Origin: Chloroflexia bacterium
Lineage (GTDB): Bacteria > Chloroflexota > Chloroflexia > Thermomicrobiales > CFX8
DNA: 64,000 nucleotides
Direction: 5' to 3'
Assembly: GCA_030431755.1 (NCBI GenBank)
Contig: JAUIIK010000007.1
Location: 2,400-66,399, forward strand
Made by a program: the position numbers and the translations under genes. Shown here piece after piece: positions 43,778-52,392 of this stretch. Below the pieces are notes generated by a model. The model saw only the letters and a list, made by a program, of their open reading frames with translations. It was not told the DNA's origin and did no database searches. Each line of letters opens with the position of its first letter. The first letter of the stretch is position 1.

Positions 43778-46700
43778 GATCCGCTGGACCGAGGAGCAAC
43801 AACAGGCCATCGACCACCGCCAGGGACCGCTCCGGATCATCGCCGGCGCCGGCTCGGGCAAGACGGCGACGATGACCGAGCACATCGTCTCGATGATCCG
43901 GGCAGACTACGCCAGCGCCGACCAGATCGTCGCCCTGACCTTCACCAACGCGGCGGCCGACGAGCTGACCCAACGCATCCGGGCCGCGCTCGACGACCAG
44001 AGCGTCTCAGTCTGGAGCGGCACCTACCACTCCTTCGGGATGCAAATCGTCCGCGACGGCGCGGCGGCGCTCGGCCTGCCGGCGGACCCGCGCCTCTTCT
44101 CGCCGGCCGAGTCCTGGTTGATCATCCGTGACATCTTGCGCGCGGGCGCGGAGTTGGAGTTTCTCGATGTCTCCTACGGCTTGAGCACGGCCATCAACGC
44201 CGTGCGCGACTTCATCAGCCGCTGCAAGGACGAGCTCGCCACGCCGGAGGACGTCGCCAGCTACGTCGCGACGATCCCGGCCGACGACACCGACCATGCC
44301 GCCCAGATGCGCGACTACCAGCGCCTGTACGCGGCCTACGAGCAACGCTGCCGGGAGCTTGGCGGCGTCGACTTCGGCGACCAGATCGCGCTCGCCGTCG
44401 ACGCATTGCAGCAGGACGAAGAGCTGCGCGCCGAGTACGGCAAGCGCTACCGCGTCTTCGTCGTCGACGAGTATCAGGACACCAACTACGCCCAGTCGGT
44501 GCTGGTCGAGCTCCTGGCCGCGCCCGCCTACGAGCTGCGCATCGTCGGCGACCCGAACCAGTCGATCTACCGCTTTCGCGGCGCGGCCGTCGACAACATC
44601 CAGCGCTTCTCGGAAGAGATCGAGGGCGTCGCCGATGTCGGCCTGACGACCAACTTCCGGTCGCACCAGCAGATCCTGGATACTGCCAATCACCTGGTCC
44701 AGGCCTATGAGTCGCTCTCCGGTGAGCTGCGGGCATTCAACGGCCGCACCGGACGCGAGCCGCTGCTGGCGAGCGGCCTGAGCTACGGCGACGAGGCCAC
44801 CTGGATCGCCGAAACGCTGGCGGCGCACTACGTACCAGACGAAGACAGTGGAAGCAGTCCGAGCCTCGGCGTGCTCGTCCGCAAGCGAAAACTGCTGCCG
44901 GATATCGCGCAGGCGCTCGCCGATCTCGGCGTGCCCTATCAGGTCTACGGCGACCGGACGATCTTCGACTCGGAAGCCTGCCAGGATGTCATCGCGACGC
45001 TCGAGATCGTCGCCGCGCCCAAGCGTCAGCTGAGCATCGTACGTGTGCTCGGCAGCCCGCGCTACGGCCTGAGCCAGCGCGACATCTTCAGGGTCAAGCG
45101 GCTGTTGCGGGAGCGCGATCTGCTGGATGCCGTCGCGGCGCTCATCGGGGCCCCGCCGGAGGAGCTTGATGACGAAGTCGTCGGCGCGTTGCAGCGCTTC
45201 TGCGACGATCTGCGCCGGCTGATCCACCGGACGACCGGGCTGCCGCTCGAAGCACGGGTGCGCGAGATCCGCAGCCAAAGGGCCGGGGAGCTGACCGGCT
45301 TCGATATCGAGGCTCTGCGCCAGCTCGAACAGATGGCCAGCAGCTTCTCCGACAATGTCATCGACCGCTCCGTCGCCGCCTTCGTCGACTACCTGCGGGC
45401 TATCGAAGAGCTGGACGGCGACGAAGCCTCGGTCAACACCCCGGTCGAGGAAGGCGCGGTCGCCTTGCTGACCGTCCACGGCGCGAAGGGTCTCGAGTTC
45501 GACGTCGTCGTCATAGCCGGCGCGAATGAGAACGACTTCGCGACACTGCGTGTCAGCATCAACGACATCCGCGTGCCACCGCCGCTGCTCCACAATGCCG
45601 CTGAGTATCCCGACCGCGCAGACTTCGCCGATCGCACGGCTTATGAGAACGCCCTCAAGGAGACCGAGAAACGCTTTGTCTCCGACGAGGAGCGCAGGTT
45701 GTTCTATGTCGCGATCACCCGCGCCCGCGACCGGCTCTATTTCAGCTGGTCGAAGCACCACCCGACGCGCAAGAGAGAGACATCGATCTACGAATTGCTC
45801 GCAGAGATCGAACACCTCACCGAGCCGCTCGACATTCCGGTGCGGGAGATTGCATCGGAAGCCGCGCCGCTGCTCGACTTCTTCACGGCAACCGGCACGC
45901 CATTGCGGCCGGCAGACGACTTCTCCGCCTTCGCCAACGCCTGGCGCGAACACTGGCGTGGCGACGACCAGGAGGCCATGGCGCTGGCGGCGCTGGAGAG
46001 CGGCTTCGAGCGCTTCTTGAGTGAGCGCGAGGACCGCGCCGAGGTCGCCGCCCGCTTGCGCGCGGTGCGTCGCAGCCGCCAGTACCGGCCGCTGCCGCCG
46101 GACCTTTATTCCTATAGCCTGCTCGACACCTACGAACGCTGCCCGCGGCTCTACCTGCACCGCTATGTCATCGGCGTCCCAGCCCCGCCGGTTGAGGCGA
46201 GCTACACCGACCTCGGGCGGCGCTTCCACGAGGCGCTGCACCAGGCGCATATCGCGCGCAGTGACGATGCCCGCTCCGACTTCCTGCGCTTCTTCGACGA
46301 CAACGAGACGGAGCCTGCCCCGGAGCACAACGGCCAGCCGACAGTGACGGCCATGGTGCGCGAGGGCTTCCTCGACAGCGGCGATGCCGACGCCGAGGCG
46401 CTGGCCGTCGAGCCGGAGTTCTTTCTGAAGCTCGGGAGCGGACCGAGCGCCCCGGTGATCTACGGGTTGATCGACCGCATCCAGCGCCGCCCGGATGGCG
46501 CAATCGAGATCGTCGATTACAAGACCCACCGCGATCTGAAGTCGCGCGAAGAGGTGCTGAGCGACCTGCAGCTCCCGATCTACACGCTGGCCGCCCGCGA
46601 GGCGCTGGGCTATGACCCGACCTACACGACGATGGCCTTCGTCCGGCACGGCGCATGGCTGCGCTTCCGGTCCAACGAGCTCGACCTCGACGGCGCGCGG

Positions 46701-46781
46701 GAGCGCATCGAGCGCGCCGTCGCCGGCATCCTGGCCCACGACTACGCTTGCCGCTGCGGTGGCGCGCACTGCGGCTCCTGA
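43770..46781 (+). CDS. UvrD-like SF1A helicase fused to a PD-(D/E)XK nuclease (AdnB-like)
   Basis: AGAGSGKT, DEYQD, GDPNQSIY.FRGA, TVHGAKGLEF, EERRLFYVAITR; GLID...IVDYK, QL.IY; 8-nt overlap with the partner gene, RBS AAGGAG. Confidence 0.9.
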   Translation: MIEIRWTEEQQQAIDHRQGPLRIIAGAGSGKTATMTEHIVSMIRADYASADQIVALTFTNAAADELTQRIRAALDDQSVSVWSGTYHSFGMQIVRDGAAALGLPADPRLFSPAESWLIIRDILRAGAELEFLDVSYGLSTAINAVRDFISRCKDELATPEDVASYVATIPADDTDHAAQMRDYQRLYAAYEQRCRELGGVDFGDQIALAVDALQQDEELRAEYGKRYRVFVVDEYQDTNYAQSVLVELLAAPAYELRIVGDPNQSIYRFRGAAVDNIQRFSEEIEGVADVGLTTNFRSHQQILDTANHLVQAYESLSGELRAFNGRTGREPLLASGLSYGDEATWIAETLAAHYVPDEDSGSSPSLGVLVRKRKLLPDIAQALADLGVPYQVYGDRTIFDSEACQDVIATLEIVAAPKRQLSIVRVLGSPRYGLSQRDIFRVKRLLRERDLLDAVAALIGAPPEELDDEVVGALQRFCDDLRRLIHRTTGLPLEARVREIRSQRAGELTGFDIEALRQLEQMASSFSDNVIDRSVAAFVDYLRAIEELDGDEASVNTPVEEGAVALLTVHGAKGLEFDVVVIAGANENDFATLRVSINDIRVPPPLLHNAAEYPDRADFADRTAYENALKETEKRFVSDEERRLFYVAITRARDRLYFSWSKHHPTRKRETSIYELLAEIEHLTEPLDIPVREIASEAAPLLDFFTATGTPLRPADDFSAFANAWREHWRGDDQEAMALAALESGFERFLSEREDRAEVAARLRAVRRSRQYRPLPPDLYSYSLLDTYERCPRLYLHRYVIGVPAPPVEASYTDLGRRFHEALHQAHIARSDDARSDFLRFFDDNETEPAPEHNGQPTVTAMVREGFLDSGDADAEALAVEPEFFLKLGSGPSAPVIYGLIDRIQRRPDGAIEIVDYKTHRDLKSREEVLSDLQLPIYTLAAREALGYDPTYTTMAFVRHGAWLRFRSNELDLDGARERIERAVAGILAHDYACRCGGAHCGS

Positions 46782-46837
46782 GCGCCGGAGCGGACTATGA
46801 TCGTGGCTGCGAATCGGGCCAACGAAAGTAGCGACAG

Positions 46838-47959
46838 ATGCGGGACGGCGATGAACTCTACCGGCTAGTGGAAGAATACGCGGCGCTCGGCGAACACCGC
46901 GCCGGCACCCCGCCCGACGCCGACACCATCGAGTGGCTGGCCCGGCTGCTGGCGCAATCCGCGACCAGCGTCGAACGCCAACCATTCCAGTTCGACCGCT
47001 ATGACGCCAGCTGGGCGGTGCGCTTCGACGGCGAACCGGTCCAAGCGATCCCGCTCTTCTACGAGGGCGTCGGCAAGGTGACGACAACGCAGCCCGCGAC
47101 GATGGTCTGGGAACCGGGCCTCTCCAACACCGGCTTCGACGCCACGCTGGCGGACTTCACCAGCAGCGCCCTGGCCGCCGGCGCGACCGCCGCCGTCATT
47201 GCAACCGGCGGACCGACCGGCCTGCTCCACGCCGTCAACCGCCAGCCGGAGCTCGGCAGTGGGCTGCCGTCGCTGCTGGTGCCAGGTAGGCTGTCGGGGC
47301 GACTGGAGTCCGCTGAGATCGCCGTCGAGCTCGACGCTCAGCTCGTGCCCGGCGCATCAGCCAACGTCGTTGCTCATTACGGCGACGATCCAATCGAGGA
47401 GACGCTCGTTATCACGACGCCGATTTCGGGCTGGTTCCAATGCGCCGGCGAGCGCGGCACCGGCATTGCCGTCGCCGTCGAAGCCGCTGAGCGATTGGCG
47501 GCGGACTATCCGGTGCTCTTCATCGGTGCGAGCGGCCACGAGCTCTATCACCAGGGCGCGCAGCTGGCGGTCCGGGAGCTGTCGGGAACGCCACGCGCCA
47601 TCGTCCACATCGGCGCGAGCGTGGCCGCCGCGGCAGAGCCGCCGGTCGCGGGCAAGGCCACGCTGACGCCAAACATCAACGCGCGGGTCGCTGCTGGCGA
47701 GCAACAGCTAGCGCGGGTAGCGGAAGCGTTCGCGACGGTTGGGATAGAGACCATCGCGCCGGAGCGGCCAACCGAACCCGATGAGTGGGTCGGCGAGTCC
47801 ATGAACTGGGCGCGTTTCGGGCGGCCGATGATCTCGCTCGTCGGCGGCTTCCCGCTCTTCCACGCGCCGGAGGACACGCCGGAACGAGCCACGACGCCGA
47901 CGCTGCTGGCGTCAGTCGCTGATGCCGTCGACGAGGCCATCCGGCAGCTGGTCAGCTGA
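46838..47959 (+). CDS. Hypothetical protein with an M28 peptidase/PA-domain-like layout
   Basis: HR.GT, ANVVA, ITTPISGW...ERGTG, SGHE, FHAPED follow M28 motif order but with altered metal ligands. Confidence 0.6.
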   Translation: MRDGDELYRLVEEYAALGEHRAGTPPDADTIEWLARLLAQSATSVERQPFQFDRYDASWAVRFDGEPVQAIPLFYEGVGKVTTTQPATMVWEPGLSNTGFDATLADFTSSALAAGATAAVIATGGPTGLLHAVNRQPELGSGLPSLLVPGRLSGRLESAEIAVELDAQLVPGASANVVAHYGDDPIEETLVITTPISGWFQCAGERGTGIAVAVEAAERLAADYPVLFIGASGHELYHQGAQLAVRELSGTPRAIVHIGASVAAAAEPPVAGKATLTPNINARVAAGEQQLARVAEAFATVGIETIAPERPTEPDEWVGESMNWARFGRPMISLVGGFPLFHAPEDTPERATTPTLLASVADAVDEAIRQLVS

Positions 47960-47963
47960 CGCG

Positions 47964-48208
47964 CTAGTGCTCTGTTACTTATGAAGTGAAGAGATTATCC
48001 TACCTCGCCGGGTAACTCAATCGTAACGACCTTGTCATTTCGACCAGCGGGAGAAATCTCGGTGCAGCACGTCACTGGTGTTCGACTGAGATTTCTCACG
48101 AGCCTGCCCTGAGCGTAGTCGTAGGGCTCGAAATGACAAGCTTGGTGCTTGTTGAGTCATCCGAGAAGCACCAGATTGTCAAACAAATCATGTGTCACAG
48201 AACACTAG
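47964..48208. mobile_element. MITE-like element bounded by CTAG, with 20-bp imperfect terminal inverted repeats and a nested palindrome (48031-48140)
   Basis: CTAGTGCTCTGTTACTTATG versus the reverse complement of CATGTGTCACAGAACACTAG (16/20); inner CTTGTCATTTCGA/TCGAAATGACAAG and GAGAAATCTC/GAGATTTCTC. Confidence 0.65.
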
Positions 48209-48597
48209 CCCTCTTCGTCCGATGTCACCAGGATGTTGAGGAAGAACGAGATCACGCTGACGATGATCGCGCCGAAGATCGCCGGGAAGATGCCGTCGAT
48301 GGTAAAGCCGGCACTCAGCCAGTTCTCCGAGATCCAGGCTGATAACCAGAGCGTAACGCCGTTGATGACAAAGAGAAAGAGCCCCATCGTCAGGATCACG
48401 ACGCCGCATGATAACAGCGTCAGGATCGGCCGGATGATCGCGTTGACCAGACCCAGCACCGCCGCCATGATCAGCACAGCGAGCGTCCCGTCCGAGTCCG
48501 TTATGTCGATCCCCGGCATGATCCAGGCGGTCAACGCCAGCGCCGCCGCAGCGATCAACCAGCGCACGATGAAGGCCGGAATCGGAACTTGAATCAT
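48205..48597 (-). CDS. YvlD / phage holin family 4 membrane protein
   Basis: Four TM segments; A.VLGLVNAIIRPIL, LT.GLF.FVIN; RBS AGGAGG. Confidence 0.88.
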   Translation of the reverse strand: MIQVPIPAFIVRWLIAAAALALTAWIMPGIDITDSDGTLAVLIMAAVLGLVNAIIRPILTLLSCGVVILTMGLFLFVINGVTLWLSAWISENWLSAGFTIDGIFPAIFGAIIVSVISFFLNILVTSDEEG

Positions 48598-48661
48598 CGC
48601 CTCCTCCTTTCGGTATCAAGCGCGCCAGCGGCCCGCGAGCGCTGACGACAATTCAGCGCGT

Positions 48662-48958
48662 TCAACCCCGGTAGCGGGTTGCGTAGCGCATGCCCCGCTC
48701 ACGGTTGTACGCATTGCTGCTGTAGGAGCTCAGGTCCATCAGGACGGCGATACCCATCCAGATCCAGTCGAAGCCGGAGAGGCCGCCGATGCCGACAACC
48801 ACATACATGAGCGTCGTCCACGGCAGGAAGATGAACCCGAGCAGCGGCCAGGCAAACGAGTCGAACGCGCGCTCCCAGCGCTGCTGATCGAGCAGCCACC
48901 AGACGAGAATGCCCATGCGTGGCCCGAGAAAAACGATGACAGAGAGCAGACAGCACAT
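48662..48958 (-). CDS. Small membrane protein of unknown function
   Basis: Three hydrophobic segments, LG.IFLPWTTL.Y motif; co-oriented 12 nt after the upstream gene. Confidence 0.75.
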   Translation of the reverse strand: MCCLLSVIVFLGPRMGILVWWLLDQQRWERAFDSFAWPLLGFIFLPWTTLMYVVVGIGGLSGFDWIWMGIAVLMDLSSYSSNAYNRERGMRYATRYRG

Positions 48959-48970
48959 ACCGGCGCTTTC

Positions 48971-50911
48971 CTAGCTAGGCGACGCAGCGTCGCTACCGGA
49001 ATCGAACCATTGATCGTTCCGCGATCTGAGATCATGGTAGAGCAAGGTCATCCCGATTGCGCCAATTGGATAGAGCAGCGCGAAGATCAGGCTACTCACG
49101 AAATTCACCAGGCCGAGCGGGCGGCTGGGAATCGCCAGCAGTAGGAAGATCGCAAACAGCGGCCCGGTCAGGAGCACGATCACGTAGAGCACGACGCTCG
49201 TGACGGCCGACCGCACTGGTTCCATCTCGGCGACGTCGGCGCTCTCGCGGATTGCCCGTTCAGACTCCGCATCTTCGACAATGACAGTCTGGCCGATATA
49301 GAGCACACCCACAAGACGCCGCGCGGCCCGGGGAATCCCGACGATCGTCAGGGCCTGGGCAAGCGCGCGCACGACGGCCTTCAGCCGGGTATAGAGAATC
49401 CGCCAGACGACCTCGGTTCCGTGCCGGTACGACTCAACCACTCCAGGGCGCGCGCCATCGCGGATGCGAGTCATCGCGTAGATCACCGCCGGCGACACGA
49501 AGATCACGGCTATTGCCACCTGAAAACTGCCGAGCAGCAGCAGCAAGAACACCCGCACGCCTGGAAAGCGCTCCATCATCCCGAGCAGGGGCTCGACCGG
49601 CGGGATCGTGAAGAGCAGCGTCTGAATGAGCGCAACCACGAAGCCGACCGGCAGGAGCATCAACCCGATCAAGCCGAAGGTCCGGGCGTTGGCGCGGTAG
49701 TAGCCGAAGGTCCGCCGGATCGTGCCGAGCGCGTAGCTAACGAACCAGGAGGTCGCGACGAAGATGACGCCGAAGATCCCAATTACCAGCGCCGGCGTCG
49801 AGTTGAAGGCAACCAGCACCCCCGACCCGGCAGCAACGACGCCGCAGAAGAGATCGATCGGCCCCTGGCCAAAGCCCTCGTACTCCGGCACGACCAGACT
49901 CGAATCGCGCACGTTCTCGGACCAGGTCACCGGCTCGTTCCAGGACGCCTTCGTGTTCGGCCCGGTTGGCCCGTTCCACTCCGACCTCTTCAGCTCGCCC
50001 CAGCGTCCGGTGTAGCCGAGCCAGGCGTAGGGGTCATCGGGCCCGGAAGGCTCGTGCGGCACAACCAGCGCTTCGAGCGCAATCCGCCGGTGCGGGCCTT
50101 TCGAGTTCTCGCAGCCGAAGCCTGTGCCGTTCTCGGCCAGACCAAGATAGATCGCCGGCTTGTACTCGCTGGCGTGGGCCCCGCGCGCCGTGTAGATCAC
50201 CGGATGTCCGTCTTCGAGCGCCAGCTTGTCGTCGCCCCAATCCGCGCTCTCGCCGCCGCCATGCTGGGCGTAGACCACCCGCTCAGGGTCGCTCAACAGA
50301 GCCTCTTCGGCGCTCGTCGCGTCGAAGAAGAGCATGATCATCTCCCAGTCGCCCTCGTGGGTGTTGTTCCAGTCGTTCAGATAGAAGTAGAGCCAGTACT
50401 GAAGCACGAGCGTATCTGTGCCCGGCTCCAGATAGATGTGGGCATAGGCGACATTGCGGGCCTCGCCGCGATGCTCGGCGAAATACTGCCGATAGGTGCA
50501 ACCAGGCGCGACCGGCGAGCCGGGGTAGTTGAGGAAGTCCGGCGGCTCGCGGCCATAGAGGTCCGCCGCCAGCGGAGCGTCGGCAACCGTCGACCATTCC
50601 CCGGAAGGTTCGCCATTGTCCGAGGTCAGCAGCGGGATCTCCTCGCGCCCGAGCACGAAGTCGACTGCAACGGGGTCAAAGCCCTCGTTCTCCTCGTCAC
50701 AGATGTTGCTGTTGACCTCGCGCAGGTAGACCACCGGCGCATAGCGGTCAGCCAGCTCTTGATCGGCGCTGCTTGCGGCCTCTTGCGCTGCCCGCGCGAT
50801 GGCGGGGGAGAAGCCATGCACGCCAACCGGCAAGCTCGCTAACCATGGCGCTGTGATGAGAACAAGTCCGACGATCGCTCCGCGTCGCATATAGCTCCCG
50901 TGCCTATGCAT
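48971..50911 (-). CDS. Exported Vps62/NPP1-like domain fused to a multi-pass membrane domain
   Basis: Signal peptide; LADRYAP, LQYWLYF..ND..N.HEGDWE, YAQH, HP.IY.A.G.HA, W..Y.GRWG, GP.GP; five to six C-terminal TM segments. Confidence 0.75.
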   Translation of the reverse strand: MHRHGSYMRRGAIVGLVLITAPWLASLPVGVHGFSPAIARAAQEAASSADQELADRYAPVVYLREVNSNICDEENEGFDPVAVDFVLGREEIPLLTSDNGEPSGEWSTVADAPLAADLYGREPPDFLNYPGSPVAPGCTYRQYFAEHRGEARNVAYAHIYLEPGTDTLVLQYWLYFYLNDWNNTHEGDWEMIMLFFDATSAEEALLSDPERVVYAQHGGGESADWGDDKLALEDGHPVIYTARGAHASEYKPAIYLGLAENGTGFGCENSKGPHRRIALEALVVPHEPSGPDDPYAWLGYTGRWGELKRSEWNGPTGPNTKASWNEPVTWSENVRDSSLVVPEYEGFGQGPIDLFCGVVAAGSGVLVAFNSTPALVIGIFGVIFVATSWFVSYALGTIRRTFGYYRANARTFGLIGLMLLPVGFVVALIQTLLFTIPPVEPLLGMMERFPGVRVFLLLLLGSFQVAIAVIFVSPAVIYAMTRIRDGARPGVVESYRHGTEVVWRILYTRLKAVVRALAQALTIVGIPRAARRLVGVLYIGQTVIVEDAESERAIRESADVAEMEPVRSAVTSVVLYVIVLLTGPLFAIFLLLAIPSRPLGLVNFVSSLIFALLYPIGAIGMTLLYHDLRSRNDQWFDSGSDAASPS

Positions 50912-50937
50912 TCAGCGCAACACGTCCGAAGAGCTCC

Positions 50938-52371
50938 TCATTGCTGGACGATGTCGCCGGCGTCGTCGAGGGCGAGACTCTCCGCCGCGACGGCGGCGGC
51001 GAACTCCTGATAGTCGCGCTCATTCTGGTCCGCATAGGCTACCGCAAAGTCCGCGAGCGCGTCGATGAGCGTGTCGCCCGCGCCGAAGTACCCGGCAATG
51101 GCCGCCGGGCTGGCGCTGCGCCCGTGCGCGTAGGCGAGCGTCAGCCCACAGAGCCGGGCGTAGCCTTCCATCTGCCGGGGCGCGTATGTCTCGATTGGCG
51201 CGGATGATTTCATATCCCGGAGCTGACGCCAGTAGAAGTCGCGGTGCGTGCCCTCCAGCGTTGGCACACGCGTCCAGCCCAGGAAGCTGTCGCTGGCAGC
51301 CTGCATCAGGCGCTGCCCTTCCACGACCCGCTGCCCCTGGTTGTCGTAGGCGCTCGGAGCCAGGAACTCCGCAAGCACAGATGGACCTGCTTCCTTTGCC
51401 TGGAGGATCAACGGATCTCCCGCGTCGCGGCCCACGAAGAGCCCGATGAAGCAGCGCGTGCCGACGCTGCCGACGCCGACGACCTTGAGGGCCATATGTT
51501 GTAGCTCGTAGCGCTCAAGCAGGTGGCGGCGCGCATCGGGCAGCGACATGCGGTAGCCGTCAAAGGCAACCTGGACAGCTTCACGCAAGTGCTCGGGGTG
51601 CAGATCGGCACGCAGCTCTGATAGCGGCACGACGAAGGGTGGGTCGGAGATGAACGTGTATCTGCCGTCCACGATGATCGCCAGTTTGGCAAGCGCCTGG
51701 TGGCTATCCCGCGTGCGCGCCTTCGCAAAGAACTTCTCCTGGCGCCGCGTCATGCGTTTCGACTCGGCCTTTGACAGGCTCAGGTTCTCCGACAGGAACG
51801 CCGGAATGTCCTCGGCGCGTACATGGGCGTACCAATTATCGAGCGCTGAACGCCCGGCCAGCTGCACCATCGTATCGCGGTAGAAGCGCACTGCGGTCCT
51901 GGCAATCGCCCAGGCCTGCTTGCGTTTGAAACCGTTATGCCTGGAGGCGATCACGAAGCTCGCCGCAAGGCGCTTGACATCCCATTCCCACGGGCCGGCC
52001 AGTGTTTCATCGAAGTCATTCAGGTCAAAGATCAGATTGCGCTCCGGCGAACCGAAGAGCCCAAAGTTCGCCAGGTGCGCGTCGCCGCAGATCTGCGCCT
52101 GCAAGCCGGTCGCCGGAGTCGTGACGAGGTCCGCCGCCATGATCCGCGCGCTACCCCGAAAGAAGGCAAAGGGCGACTCGCTCATGCGCTGATGCCGATA
52201 CGGCACCAACCAGTCCAGCCGCGTGGCATTCTGACTGAGAATCATCTCAACCGGGCTACGGCGGTTCGGCGCGGGCTGCCATTCAGCATGGCTCGAACGG
52301 GGCGTCAGCTTCCGCAGCAATTTCCCCTCGGCCCGGCCCTGGCCTGGAGAGGTAGCAACGATCACGCTCAC
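50938..52371 (-). CDS. DUF2252 family protein (kinase-like fold)
   Basis: RM..SPFAFFRG, CGDAHLANFG, FDLNDFDE, PWEWDVKRL, KVVGVGSVG, LQAKEA, RQLRDMK. Confidence 0.92.
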   Translation of the reverse strand: MSVIVATSPGQGRAEGKLLRKLTPRSSHAEWQPAPNRRSPVEMILSQNATRLDWLVPYRHQRMSESPFAFFRGSARIMAADLVTTPATGLQAQICGDAHLANFGLFGSPERNLIFDLNDFDETLAGPWEWDVKRLAASFVIASRHNGFKRKQAWAIARTAVRFYRDTMVQLAGRSALDNWYAHVRAEDIPAFLSENLSLSKAESKRMTRRQEKFFAKARTRDSHQALAKLAIIVDGRYTFISDPPFVVPLSELRADLHPEHLREAVQVAFDGYRMSLPDARRHLLERYELQHMALKVVGVGSVGTRCFIGLFVGRDAGDPLILQAKEAGPSVLAEFLAPSAYDNQGQRVVEGQRLMQAASDSFLGWTRVPTLEGTHRDFYWRQLRDMKSSAPIETYAPRQMEGYARLCGLTLAYAHGRSASPAAIAGYFGAGDTLIDALADFAVAYADQNERDYQEFAAAVAAESLALDDAGDIVQQ

Positions 52372-52392
52372 GGCAAGCGCCTTTCTCGGCCG

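Noticed and set aside
44007-47087. 1026-aa antisense ORF, and similar ones at 11857..13164, 19204..20565, 26242..27384 and 49421..50842
   Set aside because: Shadows of strongly biased high-GC genes on the opposite strand; no motifs of their own.
48205-48597. Holin as evidence of a prophage
   Set aside because: The YvlD family is commonly chromosomal; no endolysin, structural or integrase genes are nearby.
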